Positions 51,178 through 61,410 of a stretch of DNA of 64,000 nt are shown one piece after another (positions within the stretch are counted from its first letter, which is position 1; every line of letters begins with the position of its first letter). This DNA comes from Candidatus Omnitrophota bacterium (GTDB lineage Bacteria; Omnitrophota; Gorgyraeia; Duberdicusellales; Duberdicusellaceae), in NCBI GenBank assembly GCA_021159015.1, contig JAGGSQ010000042.1, forward strand, positions 557-64,556, given 5' to 3'. The notes beneath the pieces were generated by a model, which worked only from the letters and a program-made list of their open reading frames with translations, was not told the origin of the DNA and did not search any database. The translations under genes and the position numbers were made by a program.

Positions 51178-51295
51178 TTTGCCTTTTCGGAACTGATTTT
51201 CAACAATAATAGTATATTATATATGCCATCGATTTCCTATTTTGTCAAGGGAAGCCAGAAAATCTTTTTAAAGGTTTTTATTAAGTCTGCCTCAG

Positions 51296-53086
51296 TCAAT
51301 ATTTCCATTTTAGTTCTACCCAGACTTGATAAGAATCGTTATCCGAAGATTCAGGTCCTCCCCAAGGGTATCCTATTTCTGCCCGGAAAGAAAATCTATC
51401 CGTGGGGTTAAATCTCAAACCAAAGCCGTAGCCTTTAAGAGTTCTGTTTTTTTCTCCGGCTAAGATTCTGTTCAGGCGGACAGTTGCCCAATCGTAAAAT
51501 ACCACTATCCTTAAAGCATCATATAGATTAATATTTTTGGATAACGGAAGCTTGGCCGTTTTAGGAAGAAAATAAGGAGGGAAGGACCACTCCAAGGAAG
51601 TGCAGTAGCCTTTATCTCCGGAATATTCTGCAGGAGGATACCCCCGCACAGTAGCCGGACCGCCTATCTGAAACTGCTCCGAGGCAACCAGACTGTAGCC
51701 GGAAAGTTGGAACGAGTTCTTCCAAAGAATGCTCGATGAGAAAGGTCCCGGCTGAAGCCGGAAATAATTACCTGTCCATTTTAAGAATTCGCCTCCTGCT
51801 CCGACCCGGGAAGAGGCAGGGTCTTTGGCACTCAGCGCTCCCCACATTCGGGGAACACCGGCATCCAATTCCAGGGTAAAGATGTTTCTTCCCCAGGCGT
51901 CAGTGAAATCTACATCCAGGCCGGTTTTTAAGACCCGGACCTCGTCTCTTGAAGACTCCACCCCCAATAAATAGTTGCGTATATGTTTGTAGTCAAAGCC
52001 CAAATTGAGACTTAAATCCAAATTTCTCTCATCTATAAGAGTCTTGCTCAGAAATAAACCAGCGATTGTAGCTTTACCTCTTGCTTCCACATCTTCAAAT
52101 TCCTGGCCCAATTTCAGTCGGCTCCTTAAAAAATAACCGCCTACCTCCAAGGTAGGATTAACCGGAAAAGAATAGCGCCACTGTTTCAACATCAAAGCAG
52201 CAGCTTCTGACTGCTGAAACTTAAAATACAACTTGTCATCAAAGCCCAAAAGATTATTGTGTTCAAAAACTAAAGAGCCTCTGTCCTTTTCTATATAGCG
52301 GGAACCAAAATTATCATATTCAAAACCTACATGGATAGGAAGTCTATCTTTTACCTTAATTATTATATCGGTTGTGCCCGGCTCTTTACCTGGCCGAAGC
52401 ACGGCCCGCGCAAAGCGGTCAGGATGTTCGTTAATATAGGTAAGAGAACGTTGAAGGTTTGAGTAATCAAGCGGCTTGCCGGGTTGGACATTTAATTTTT
52501 TTTTCAAAAGGGAAGTGCGGAAATAACGGTTGCCTTCTATCTTCAGGCTTCCTGCCTTGCCTTCAATAACCCTGATAATCAAGACTCCCTTCTTAATTGT
52601 TTGGGGAGGGATATAGGCCCAGGAAGTAAGGTAACCTTTCTTGCGATACTCATCAGTAATCAAGTCAGCTATCTTCTGCATATCGAAAAGAGAGAGCTCT
52701 TTGCCTTCGTACTGAGAGGTTATATTCTGAATGTCCTTTTCTTTAATTAAAGTTGCTCCTTCCACTTTGATTGTTTTAATTAAAACTTTGGGGCCTACTT
52801 CCTTAGGAGAAATTTCTTCTACTTTTGCTTTTTCCGCCTTTTCTTTCTTTTTCTGGATTCTTTCTTTGAGCTTCTTCTCTTTCTCCTGCATCTTCTCCTG
52901 CTGCAGGATGCCGCCGGCGGTCTGAGAAGAAGATACCTGAGCTAAGGAAGACAGTGGAAAAAGGAACAAACCTACAATTACCAAACTTCCTATATATCTA
53001 CACTTTTTCATATTGACCTGCTGTATGACCATAGTATCAATGGTATCTTCTACTATCAAGCTATTCTTTCCTACTTTATTCAACAC
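51296..53086 (-). CDS. two-partner-secretion outer-membrane transporter TpsB (ShlB/FhaC family, POTRA plus 16-strand barrel)
   Basis: 596 aa with a signal peptide (MKKCRYIGSLVIVGLFLFPLSSLA from the internal Met at 53011), a K/E-rich linker, POTRA-like segments and a C-terminal beta-barrel ending in an aromatic residue (ELKWKY). The TTG at 53086 has a GAAGGGG RBS 4 nt upstream. It sits directly upstream of tpsA. Confidence 0.85.
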   Translation of the reverse strand: MLNKVGKNSLIVEDTIDTMVIQQVNMKKCRYIGSLVIVGLFLFPLSSLAQVSSSQTAGGILQQEKMQEKEKKLKERIQKKKEKAEKAKVEEISPKEVGPKVLIKTIKVEGATLIKEKDIQNITSQYEGKELSLFDMQKIADLITDEYRKKGYLTSWAYIPPQTIKKGVLIIRVIEGKAGSLKIEGNRYFRTSLLKKKLNVQPGKPLDYSNLQRSLTYINEHPDRFARAVLRPGKEPGTTDIIIKVKDRLPIHVGFEYDNFGSRYIEKDRGSLVFEHNNLLGFDDKLYFKFQQSEAAALMLKQWRYSFPVNPTLEVGGYFLRSRLKLGQEFEDVEARGKATIAGLFLSKTLIDERNLDLSLNLGFDYKHIRNYLLGVESSRDEVRVLKTGLDVDFTDAWGRNIFTLELDAGVPRMWGALSAKDPASSRVGAGGEFLKWTGNYFRLQPGPFSSSILWKNSFQLSGYSLVASEQFQIGGPATVRGYPPAEYSGDKGYCTSLEWSFPPYFLPKTAKLPLSKNINLYDALRIVVFYDWATVRLNRILAGEKNRTLKGYGFGLRFNPTDRFSFRAEIGYPWGGPESSDNDSYQVWVELKWKY

Positions 53087-53104
53087 CCCTTCACCCTCTC
53101 TTTT

Positions 53105-53581
53105 TTAATACCCCATAGCAATCCGTCCCGTCCGGACTAGCTGTTTTATTTCGAAATTCTCAATCTCGGAAAGAAAACCTTTAGTCTGGCGGTTGTCGCC
53201 TACAAATTCTAACACTAAAACGTTATTCTTTTCTGACACAATACGTACATCATACTTAGATTTAATCTCTTTTAGGATGCGGCGGCTGTCTTTTTTGTCA
53301 AGAACAATTTTGGCCAGAATGAGTTCTCTATCTATGTGCTCTCTCTTGGTCAGATCAATTACCGTAACTACATCAATAAGCTTATTTAGCTGCTTTTTAA
53401 TCTGTTCCAAAATTCTTTCGTCTTCGGCATTAACCACCAGAGTAATACAAGAAATAGTAGAATCCTCTGTAGTTCCTACTGCCAGCGAATCAATATTATA
53501 CCCCCGCGCCGAAAACAAAGAAGAGACTCTTGCCAGAACGCCAAATTTGTTTTCTACTAAGGCTTGGATAGTATGTTTCAT
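53105..53581 (-). CDS. ilvN: acetolactate synthase small (regulatory) subunit
   Basis: 158 aa with an ACT domain (IQALVENKFGVLARVSSLFSARGYNIDSLAVG). Its start overlaps the ilvB stop. Confidence 0.85.
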   Translation of the reverse strand: MKHTIQALVENKFGVLARVSSLFSARGYNIDSLAVGTTEDSTISCITLVVNAEDERILEQIKKQLNKLIDVVTVIDLTKREHIDRELILAKIVLDKKDSRRILKEIKSKYDVRIVSEKNNVLVLEFVGDNRQTKGFLSEIENFEIKQLVRTGRIAMGY

Positions 53582-55248
53582 TAGGCCAATTCTCCAATCA
53601 TACGGTCAATACTGGCTCCCGCCGGAACCATAGGAAAGACATTTTCTTCCTCTTCTATCCAGAAATCTGCCAAAACCGGCCCTTTATATGCAATAATTTC
53701 TTTAATTGCCTTTTTTATGTCTTTCTCTTTTTCAATACGCATAGCTTTCACTCCAAAGCCTTCTGCTACCTTTACAAAATCAGGATTATCCAAAGGCGTA
53801 GCCGCATACCGCTTTTTGTAAAAAAGCTCCTGCCACTGCCGCACCATACCTAAATAATTATTATTGAGAATTATAATTTTGACCGGAATTTTATAAGTAG
53901 CAACAGTGGCCAGTTCCTGGATATTCATCTGTATTGAACCATCACCGGCAATGTCAAAAACTAAACGTTCCGGACAAGCAATACTGGCTCCAATTGCGGC
54001 CGGAAATCCAAACCCCATCGTTCCCAGACCTCCTGAAGTAATAAAAGTACGAGGAAACTTGAATTTATAAAACTGGGCTGCCCACATCTGATTCTGCCCT
54101 ACTTCGGTAGAAATTATCGCCTCTCCCCTAGTTTGACTAAATATTTCTTCAACTACCGCCTGGGGTTTTATTCTCAGTGAGCTTTTACGGTAAGAAAGGG
54201 GGTATTTCTTTTTATTCCGCTCTATTTCCTTAAGCCATTCTTTGCTCTGGGCTGGTTTTTTGATTAACTCCAGCATCTCTCCTAAAATATTGCCCACATC
54301 TCCCACAATAGGAATGTCAGCTTTTACATTCTTGCTGATAGAAGTAGGGTCTATGTCTATATGAATAATTTTCGCCTGCGGTGCAAAAGCATCAAGCTTA
54401 CCCGTAACGCGGTCGTCAAAACGACAGCCTATGGCAATTAAAAGGTCGGAGTTTGTTATCGCCCGGTTAGCATAGACTGTCCCATGCATACCTGGCATCC
54501 CCAGAAACAGCTCATCTTCAGCCGGATATGCCCCTAACCCCATAAGGGTAGTAGTAACCGGCGCCTGAATTTTTTTGGCAAACTCAAAAAGCCGCCCTGA
54601 GGCTCCTGAAGTAATCACTCCTCCCCCCGCCATAATAACGGGGTGTTTAGACTTCTCAATCGCCCTAAGAGCTTTTTTAATTTGCCCCGGATGCCCATAA
54701 TAAGTAGGCCTATAGCTGCGTATAGAAATATTTTCCGGATAAGAAAATTCCGCCTCCCCCATTTGCACATCTACCGGTAAATCAACAAGAACCGGCCCGG
54801 GACGGCCAGAAGAAGCAATATAAAAAGCTTCCTTAAAGACACGCGCTAGATCTTCTGTATTCTTTACTAAATAATTATGTTTGGTAATCGAGCGGGTAAT
54901 GCCAGTAGTATCTGCTTCCTGGAAAGCATCGTTGCCAATTAAGGAAGTCCTTACCTGGCCAGTCAAAGCCACTATGGGAATAGAATCCATATAAGCATTG
55001 GTAATACCGGTAACCAAGTTAGTAGCGCCGGGGCCGGAGGTAGCCACGCAAACACCTGTTTTGCCGGAAGCTCTGGCATAGCCATCCGCAGCATGGGCAG
55101 CAGCCTGCTCATGACGAGTAAGATAAAACTTTATCGGTGCGTCGTACAAACAGTCAAAAAACGGCAAAAGTGCCCCACCCGGATATCCGAAGATAACTTC
55201 AACTTTTTCTCTCTTGAGCGACTCTATAATTATTTCTGAGCCTTTCAT
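53581..55248 (-). CDS. ilvB: acetolactate synthase large subunit (biosynthetic)
   Basis: 555 aa thiamine-pyrophosphate enzyme with a TPP-binding motif (GDGS...NN). Confidence 0.9.
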   Translation of the reverse strand: MKGSEIIIESLKREKVEVIFGYPGGALLPFFDCLYDAPIKFYLTRHEQAAAHAADGYARASGKTGVCVATSGPGATNLVTGITNAYMDSIPIVALTGQVRTSLIGNDAFQEADTTGITRSITKHNYLVKNTEDLARVFKEAFYIASSGRPGPVLVDLPVDVQMGEAEFSYPENISIRSYRPTYYGHPGQIKKALRAIEKSKHPVIMAGGGVITSGASGRLFEFAKKIQAPVTTTLMGLGAYPAEDELFLGMPGMHGTVYANRAITNSDLLIAIGCRFDDRVTGKLDAFAPQAKIIHIDIDPTSISKNVKADIPIVGDVGNILGEMLELIKKPAQSKEWLKEIERNKKKYPLSYRKSSLRIKPQAVVEEIFSQTRGEAIISTEVGQNQMWAAQFYKFKFPRTFITSGGLGTMGFGFPAAIGASIACPERLVFDIAGDGSIQMNIQELATVATYKIPVKIIILNNNYLGMVRQWQELFYKKRYAATPLDNPDFVKVAEGFGVKAMRIEKEKDIKKAIKEIIAYKGPVLADFWIEEEENVFPMVPAGASIDRMIGELA

Positions 55249-55320
55249 CGCAAAGCAATTATATCATTTTAAACCCAAAGACAAAAGATTTTTCTTTGTA
55301 CCCTGGAAGAAGCATTTTTA

Positions 55321-56799
55321 TCACTTTCTAAGCTGCTTAACTAACTTTTTTGCCAGATTCAACGCCTGAGCAGCGGTTTTTATATTGCCGAGGGCTTGCT
55401 CTTCTTCAATTTTACGCAGGATTTCACCTACTAAAGGAGAAGGATTAATGCCGGTCCCCCTCATAATATCAAAACCATTAACTAGCCGCGGCAAAGTATT
55501 CTTACGTTTGCTCTCCCAGTACTTTTCCCAGAGAGAAAAAAACAATCTCCTTTGACGCCTCCTTCTTTTCTTGTCTATCAAAGGCCCGCGTGTAGCATCT
55601 AAATCAGCCAGGGAAAGCAGAATTACGGCGGGTGAGTCTTCTTTCGCGGCACGAAAGAAACGAAAAACTGCCCGCGGCGATAAAGACAAATTGTCGGTAA
55701 GATAACCAGGGCGTAGATGAAAATAAACTAAGTTAGCTAAGAAACTTTCTTCTCTTTTGGACAGTTTAAGACGCTGGGAAATCTGACAGGCAAAATCACG
55801 CCCAATTTTCTCATGCTCCCAAAAAATAAGCTTACCTCTTCTTTTCCTTTTAGCCTGTGGCTTTCCCAAATCATGCAGAAGGCAGGCTAGTTTAATAAGC
55901 TGGCGGCGCGTATGCCGGGGAGAAATCTCATAACTAAGATATCCTAAGGCTTCTCCTCTCTGAAAGAAATTATGCCGTAATAACTTCTCCAATTGCCTTA
56001 AAGTTTCCAAAGAATGTGCCCACACATCTAAATGGTGATAAGGACCCTGCTTAAGACCGCGGCAAAGCTTAACTTGAGGAAATAGCTCATCCCAAATAAA
56101 TACCTTATCCATTTTTATAGCCAATCTCCCTGCAGACTCAGAAGAAAAAATTTTAAACAATTCCTCACTTATTCTTTCGCCGGCTACTTTACTTAAGAGC
56201 TGACGCTGTCGGTAAATTTCTTTAAGCAAAGACGGGGCTAGTTTAAAGCCGTATAAAGCAACCAAACTAAAAGCCCGCAATATTCGTAAAGGGTCATCTA
56301 GCAAGGCATCTTTATAAGAAAGGCGCAAGGTTTTTTTCTTGAGATCTATAAAAGCCTGCTCATCACCTAAAAGTTTCATCTCTCTAAAGTCCTTAATATC
56401 CAAGCCTAAGCTATTTATAGTAAAATCCCGTTGTTTTAGGTCTTCCGCAATATCTTTCGCCCGCAGGAGGCTAAAGTCATAATGAAGTATGCGCCCCTTA
56501 TATTTTTTTACTACGCGGGCATTCTTCTTTATCTTTCTATCCAAAACAACAAAACTTCCCCCGATAGCCGCCGAAAATTTGCGCGCCAAGGAAAACACAT
56601 TGCGGTTAAGAGCAAAGTCAAAGTCTCTGGCCTCCAGAGAACTTTTAAGAAAAAAATCCCGCAAAAAGCCTCCTACTAAATAAATATTAATACGGTAAAG
56701 CTCTGCTATTTTTTTTAAGCGGCGCAGATAGGGAATCTTTTTAATCTCTCTCTTCAAATCTCGCATTTCTCTCTGTGCAACATTTTGCTTACGAAGCAT
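55321..56799 (-). CDS. cca: CCA-adding tRNA nucleotidyltransferase / poly(A) polymerase family with HD domain
   Basis: Pol-beta head (IYLVGGFLRD...RDFDFAL) plus an HD motif (LHDLGKP). The first 11 codons of the ORF-track call are encoded by the degenerate hairpin copy, so the real start is probably Met-12 at 56766. Confidence 0.8.
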   Translation of the reverse strand: MLRKQNVAQREMRDLKREIKKIPYLRRLKKIAELYRINIYLVGGFLRDFFLKSSLEARDFDFALNRNVFSLARKFSAAIGGSFVVLDRKIKKNARVVKKYKGRILHYDFSLLRAKDIAEDLKQRDFTINSLGLDIKDFREMKLLGDEQAFIDLKKKTLRLSYKDALLDDPLRILRAFSLVALYGFKLAPSLLKEIYRQRQLLSKVAGERISEELFKIFSSESAGRLAIKMDKVFIWDELFPQVKLCRGLKQGPYHHLDVWAHSLETLRQLEKLLRHNFFQRGEALGYLSYEISPRHTRRQLIKLACLLHDLGKPQAKRKRRGKLIFWEHEKIGRDFACQISQRLKLSKREESFLANLVYFHLRPGYLTDNLSLSPRAVFRFFRAAKEDSPAVILLSLADLDATRGPLIDKKRRRRQRRLFFSLWEKYWESKRKNTLPRLVNGFDIMRGTGINPSPLVGEILRKIEEEQALGNIKTAAQALNLAKKLVKQLRK

Positions 56800-56808
56800 T
56801 TTGTTGCA
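56776..56808. repeat. solo degenerate copy of the 33-nt hairpin in opposite orientation (TGCAACATTTTGCTT-ACG-AAGCATTTTGTTGCA)
   Basis: It matches the reverse complement of copies 1 and 2 except that one arm reads ATTTTG instead of AAAATG, so the stem carries a 4-nt bubble. It lies in the 42-nt gap between the metallophosphoesterase stop and the cca ATG. Confidence 0.75.
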
Positions 56809-57270
56809 TTAAGAAAGGGCTATAATCTCCGCCCGCAGGTTGCTGATATCTACTACTGCCAGCGTAGGTCTGCCGCTCAGATAACCGCACACCTCGCCGG
56901 GATTAACCAGAAGCTTCCCTTTCTCCCTTCTTATTTCCGGATGATGAGTGTGGCCAAACACAAGGATATCCCCTTCCCTATCCTGAAATTCATGCATAAG
57001 GACAATCTTTCTGCCTTCTTTAGAAATTTCTAAAGGCGCCGCTTGGATACGTCCTTCTGAGTTCTTCCTCAGCCCTTCTTTCTCACCGTCATTATTGCCA
57101 AAAACTCCCCACCAGGGACAACGCAATTTTCCTAAAGGTTTAAGAGAAAAAGGAGCGATGAAATCGCCCGCATGCAAAACCAGTTCTACTTCTTTCTGAT
57201 TAAGAAAATTAACTGCTTTCTCAATAAGAGGTAAATTATCGTGGGTATCAGAAATAAGACCAATCAGCAT
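56809..57270 (-). CDS. metallophosphoesterase (YfcE/MJ0936 family)
   Basis: 153 aa with the motifs ISDTHDN, HAGD, GNND and GHTHHP. Confidence 0.8.
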   Translation of the reverse strand: MLIGLISDTHDNLPLIEKAVNFLNQKEVELVLHAGDFIAPFSLKPLGKLRCPWWGVFGNNDGEKEGLRKNSEGRIQAAPLEISKEGRKIVLMHEFQDREGDILVFGHTHHPEIRREKGKLLVNPGEVCGYLSGRPTLAVVDISNLRAEIIALS

Positions 57271-57671
57271 CAGTAAGAAACAGCAGCGTGGTTGAGTACC
57301 TCTTCCTCAACATATATAGGCGATTTTGTCCTGACAGCCAAAGCAATGCTATCGGAAGGACGAGCGTCTACTTCTATAATTCTGCCGTCTTTACTCCTTA
57401 GTATCAGCAGAGCATAAAAAGTCCCATTCAATATTTTATTAATAATAATTTTTTCTACTTCAGCTTCTAAATCTTTAATAACTGCCTTAAGTAAATCATG
57501 CGTGAGGGGGCGGGGAGGTGTAAAACCTCCCAGATGCATACGGATAGCTAAAGCTTCATTCGTACCAATAATAATAGGCAGAGCTCGCGAGCCAGACTTT
57601 TCTTTCAGTACTATCATCTGCTCTTGTTTTTTCTCATCAATAATAATCTTAGAAAGCTCAACCTCAACCAT
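57270..57671 (-). CDS. bifunctional nuclease (BFN/DUF151) domain protein
   Basis: 133 aa. The pattern ...ALPIIIGTNEALAIRMHL... matches the BFN family. Confidence 0.65.
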   Translation of the reverse strand: MVEVELSKIIIDEKKQEQMIVLKEKSGSRALPIIIGTNEALAIRMHLGGFTPPRPLTHDLLKAVIKDLEAEVEKIIINKILNGTFYALLILRSKDGRIIEVDARPSDSIALAVRTKSPIYVEEEVLNHAAVSY

Positions 57672-57676
57672 CAGGT

Positions 57677-58144
57677 TTATTTTTTAGTAAGTTTCTTATT
57701 GATAACATCCCTTAACTCTTTCATAAATTGATTAACATCGCGGAAACTGCGGTAAACGGAAGCAAAACGCACATAAGCAACATCATCCAGTTTTGCCAGT
57801 TTCTCCATAACCATTTGACCGATAAATCTGCTTTCTATCTCCCGGTCAAATTTCTTCTGAATCTCTTTCTCAATCTCGTCAATCAACGCTTCTATTCTGT
57901 CAATACTGATAGGCCGCTTCTGGCAGGCATGAATTATACCTTGGGTAATTTTACTACGAGAATAAGCCTCACGGCGGCCATCCTTTTTAATAACCATAAG
58001 GGGAATTTTTTCAATGTATTCATAGGTAGTAAATCGCCGTCCACAATTCAGACATTCACGGCGGCGGCGTATAGAAGAATTATCTTGTGTAGCGCGGGAA
58101 TCAACTACCTTATCTTCATTATGGCCACAATAAGGGCACTTCAT
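57677..58144 (-). CDS. nrdR: transcriptional repressor NrdR
   Basis: 155 aa with an N-terminal zinc ribbon (MKCPYCGH...[12 protein letters not shown]) and an ATP-cone. Confidence 0.9.
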   Translation of the reverse strand: MKCPYCGHNEDKVVDSRATQDNSSIRRRRECLNCGRRFTTYEYIEKIPLMVIKKDGRREAYSRSKITQGIIHACQKRPISIDRIEALIDEIEKEIQKKFDREIESRFIGQMVMEKLAKLDDVAYVRFASVYRSFRDVNQFMKELRDVINKKLTKK

Positions 58145-58171
58145 AGTTTTATTATAGCAAAAAAGTTCTAC

Positions 58172-58642
58172 CTAAGAAATTTTTTTAAGACGGCGCACCT
58201 TTATTTTTGCCTGGCGCAGAAAATCGCGCGCCATTTTATCGGGATATTCGCCCTCAATTACAATCTCTTTTATGCCGGCATTAATTATCATTTTAGCACA
58301 AATTATACAGGGAGTCACAGTTACATACAAAGTAGCCCCTTTGGTAGATACACCATGAAGAGCACATTGAATTATAACATTTTGCTCTGCGTGCAGGCCG
58401 CGGCATAATTCATGACGTTGGCCTGAAGGAACTCTAAGTTTCTGCCGCAAGCACCCTGTAACCTCACAATGAACAATATCAGAAGGAGCACCATTATAAC
58501 CAGTAGCCAAAATTCTTCTGTCCCTTACCAGAACCGCTCCCACCTGGCGCCGCAGGCAGGTAGAACGCCGCTTTACCAGATGAGCCAGCTGCATAAAATA
58601 CTCGTCCCAGCCTGGACGCTCAATTATTTTCTTGCTTTTCAT
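58172..58642 (-). CDS. dCMP deaminase (ComEB-like cytidine/deoxycytidylate deaminase)
   Basis: 156 aa with the zinc motifs HAEQNVI and [12 protein letters not shown]. Confidence 0.8.
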   Translation of the reverse strand: MKSKKIIERPGWDEYFMQLAHLVKRRSTCLRRQVGAVLVRDRRILATGYNGAPSDIVHCEVTGCLRQKLRVPSGQRHELCRGLHAEQNVIIQCALHGVSTKGATLYVTVTPCIICAKMIINAGIKEIVIEGEYPDKMARDFLRQAKIKVRRLKKIS

Positions 58643-59891
58643 ATATCATATTAATATCAGAATATAAAGGAAAACTAGTCGTAAGTTTAGCTACCTCTTT
58701 CAGGAATATTTCTGCTGGTGCTTCTTTTTCTTTAAGGCGGCGGTAAATAATCTCAGCTATTTTTTCTGCTTCTTTTTCTTTCATGCCTCTGGCGGTAATC
58801 GCAGGAGACCCTATTCTGATACCGCTGGCTATCATAGGCGGCTGGGGATCAAAAGGAATAAGATTCTTGTTGACGGTAATATTTATCTCTTCTAAAGTTT
58901 GTGAAGCCTTTTTGCCACTAACTTCTAGCGAACGTAAATCTAAAAGCAAAAGATGGGTATCAGTACCGCCTGAGACCACCCTTACTCCCAAGCTTTTAAA
59001 TTTATCAGAAAAAGCTACGGCGTTCTTAGCTATCTGACTTTGGTATTTTTTAAACTCCGGCTGCAAAGCTTTACCAAAAGCTACCGCTTTAGCCGCAATC
59101 ACATGCATAAGAGGACCGCCTTGAACTCCAGGAAACACCGCAGTGTTTATCTTCTTGCCCAGCTCTTTCTTAGCTAAGATAAACCCTCCCCGCGGACCGC
59201 GTAGAGTCTTGTGCGTAGTAGAAGTAACTACATCCGCATAAAGACAAGGATTAGGATAAATCCCTGCTGCTACCAGTCCCGCAAAGTGTGCCATATCTAC
59301 AAGTAAGTATGCTCCCACTTTATCCGCAATCTCCCGAAATTTCTTAAAGTCAATAATACGAGGGTAAGCTGAAGCGCCAGCGATAATAAGTCTGGGACGG
59401 TGCTGTTTAGCTTTGGCTTCAATCTCGGAGAAGTCTATAAGTTCAGTCTCTTTGTTTACTCCGTAAGCAACCACATGGTAAAACTTGCCAGAGAAATTCA
59501 GAGGGTGCCCGTGAGAGAGATGACCGCCGCAGGCTAAGTCCATAGCCAGAATGGTATCGCCTTTTTCCAGAAGCGACATCATCACGGCCATATTAGCCTG
59601 CGTGCCGGAATGCGGCTGCACATTGGCATATTCACAGCCAAAAAGTTTCTTCACTCTTTCCCGTGCTAAATCTTCTGCCATATCTACATATTTACATCCC
59701 CCATACCAACGCGCCCCAGGATAGCCCTCGGCATATTTATTAGTAAGTACGCTGGCCTGAGCTTCCATAACCGCAGGATAAGTAAAGTTCTCAGAAGCAA
59801 TAAGCTCAATATGCTCCCTTTGGCGTCTTAACTCTGCTTTTATAGCCTCAAATACTTCCTTATCTTCCTGAGCTAAATATTTAAAGTCCAT
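58620..59891 (-). CDS. glyA: serine hydroxymethyltransferase
   Basis: 423 aa with the PLP-Lys region ([15 protein letters not shown]) and SHMT-wide similarity. Confidence 0.95.
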   Translation of the reverse strand: MDFKYLAQEDKEVFEAIKAELRRQREHIELIASENFTYPAVMEAQASVLTNKYAEGYPGARWYGGCKYVDMAEDLARERVKKLFGCEYANVQPHSGTQANMAVMMSLLEKGDTILAMDLACGGHLSHGHPLNFSGKFYHVVAYGVNKETELIDFSEIEAKAKQHRPRLIIAGASAYPRIIDFKKFREIADKVGAYLLVDMAHFAGLVAAGIYPNPCLYADVVTSTTHKTLRGPRGGFILAKKELGKKINTAVFPGVQGGPLMHVIAAKAVAFGKALQPEFKKYQSQIAKNAVAFSDKFKSLGVRVVSGGTDTHLLLLDLRSLEVSGKKASQTLEEINITVNKNLIPFDPQPPMIASGIRIGSPAITARGMKEKEAEKIAEIIYRRLKEKEAPAEIFLKEVAKLTTSFPLYSDINMIYEKQENN

Positions 59892-60330
59892 ATCCTGCCT
59901 CCACTTTTTTTATTTGATTAATCCTTCTCTTATGACGGCCTCCTTCAAAAGGCGTTTTAAGCCACAAGGAAACCATTTTCTTAGCCAGGACTGGTTTTAC
60001 AAAATCTGCCCCCATTACTAAAACATTCGTATCATTATGCAGGCGAGAGAATCTTGCTCCTTTCAAATTATGAACCAAACCTGCTCTTATGCCTTTTACT
60101 TTATTGGCAGTAATTGCGGAACCAATACCAGTCTTACAGATAACAATAGCTCGCTGTGCTTTTTTCTGGCGTACTAAATTGCTAGCGCGAAAAATATAAA
60201 CGGGATAATCTACACTCTCGGAAGAAGAAGTACCTACATCTATAACCTTATAGCCTTTATATTTTAGGTACTTCTTTATAACTTCTTTCAGCTTATAACC
60301 CCGATGGTCTGAGCCCAACGCAATAATCAT
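59881..60330 (-). CDS. rpiB: ribose-5-phosphate isomerase B
   Basis: 149 aa RpiB/LacAB fold ([16 protein letters not shown]...). It overlaps glyA by 11 nt. Confidence 0.85.
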   Translation of the reverse strand: MIIALGSDHRGYKLKEVIKKYLKYKGYKVIDVGTSSSESVDYPVYIFRASNLVRQKKAQRAIVICKTGIGSAITANKVKGIRAGLVHNLKGARFSRLHNDTNVLVMGADFVKPVLAKKMVSLWLKTPFEGGRHKRRINQIKKVEAGYGL

Positions 60331-60358
60331 TATTCTCCTCCTAGTGGAAAGACTTTTA

Positions 60359-61408
60359 TTATAACTTTTTTCCTATATTTTCAACAGCTTTTTTTATCAA
60401 ACTATATACTTCCTCATATGCCTCCAAGCCTCCCCCTAAAGGATCGTAAATATCAATCTTCTCTTTCAAAAAATAATTAATGTGAAAAAGGCGCAAATGG
60501 ATATCTTTGTCTAAAGAAGCAACTATATCTTTGTGTTTTTCTTCCATGACAATAATTAAATCTGAACCCTTAATTAATAAAGGGCTCAGTCGGCGCGAAC
60601 GATGCAATGCCGCGTCAATACCTTCTCGTTTAAGAACTTCTATCGCTAAAGAAGAAGCAGGCATATTGTCTATCGCAAACACGCCAGCCGAAACAACTTC
60701 TACTTTATCTTTAAGCTGGGGACGCCTTTTATTAAGGTATTCGCGCAATAAGTATTCAGCTATTACTGAACGGCAGGTATTACCACTGCAGACAAAGAGA
60801 ACTCTTCTTTTTTTTACCTCTTTCTCTACCGCGGCGGCAATAATCCCGCGGCGGATAATCTTATTGCCAGCAGAGATATCAACTATGGTAGAGGATATCC
60901 CCTTAAGAGGCTGACTAGCAGTAACAACTAAATCTACTTTGTTCCCAAAAACACTGAAAACTTCCTCTGCCTCCTTAGCTGGCGCCTCTCCACTTAAATT
61001 CGCTGAGGGCATAACTACCCAGACGCCGCTGCGGCGAATAATCTGCCGGGTAAGGGGAAAGTTGGGGTTTCTCATGCCGATTTTCTTACCTTCCTTTCCT
61101 TCCACAATTAGAGTTAAAGGGCCTGGCCAGAACTTCTCGATAAGCCGGTAAACGTAAGGTTTTTGTGGTGAAGCCAAATAGTAAAAGCTTTTAGCATCGG
61201 CAATATGCAGAGTAAAGGGCTTATTAAGAGGACGCTCTTTTATCTCATAGAGGCGCCTGATAGTTTGAGGATTATCTCTGTCAGCGGCCAGACCATAAAC
61301 TGTTTCCGTAGGAAGAACCACAATTTTCCCCCGGCGTAAAAGAGTAGATGCCTTATCTATAATCTCCTCAGGTCTCTCTTCTCCTATTTTTAACCATTCC
61401 GCTGCCAC
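60359..61408 (-). CDS. fusion protein: L-threonylcarbamoyladenylate synthase (YrdC/TsaC domain) plus low-molecular-weight protein tyrosine phosphatase
   Basis: 349 aa. Residues 1-200 are a YrdC-like fold (VLPTETVYGLAAD). Residues ~205-349 are an LMW-PTP with the CX5R P-loop (VCSGNTCRS) and the DP motif (IYDPLGGG). Confidence 0.75.
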   Translation of the reverse strand: MAAEWLKIGEERPEEIIDKASTLLRRGKIVVLPTETVYGLAADRDNPQTIRRLYEIKERPLNKPFTLHIADAKSFYYLASPQKPYVYRLIEKFWPGPLTLIVEGKEGKKIGMRNPNFPLTRQIIRRSGVWVVMPSANLSGEAPAKEAEEVFSVFGNKVDLVVTASQPLKGISSTIVDISAGNKIIRRGIIAAAVEKEVKKRRVLFVCSGNTCRSVIAEYLLREYLNKRRPQLKDKVEVVSAGVFAIDNMPASSLAIEVLKREGIDAALHRSRRLSPLLIKGSDLIIVMEEKHKDIVASLDKDIHLRLFHINYFLKEKIDIYDPLGGGLEAYEEVYSLIKKAVENIGKKL

Positions 61409-61410
61409 GC

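Noticed and set aside
51296-53086. Treating tpsB-tpsA as a contact-dependent inhibition (cdiBAI) locus
   Set aside because: No VENN or pretoxin motif was found in TpsA. There is no small immunity-like ORF after its stop (a transposase follows directly) and no orphan CT/immunity modules. The ShlB-type partner and adhesin-like body fit a generic TPS adhesin better, so it is left as an unresolved TpsA.
56766-56799. The N-terminal 11 residues (MLRKQNVAQRE) of the cca ORF call
   Set aside because: They are encoded by the degenerate hairpin repeat and are absent from the typical CCA-enzyme N-terminus. Met-12 followed by the conserved IYLVGG head-domain spacing is the more plausible start.
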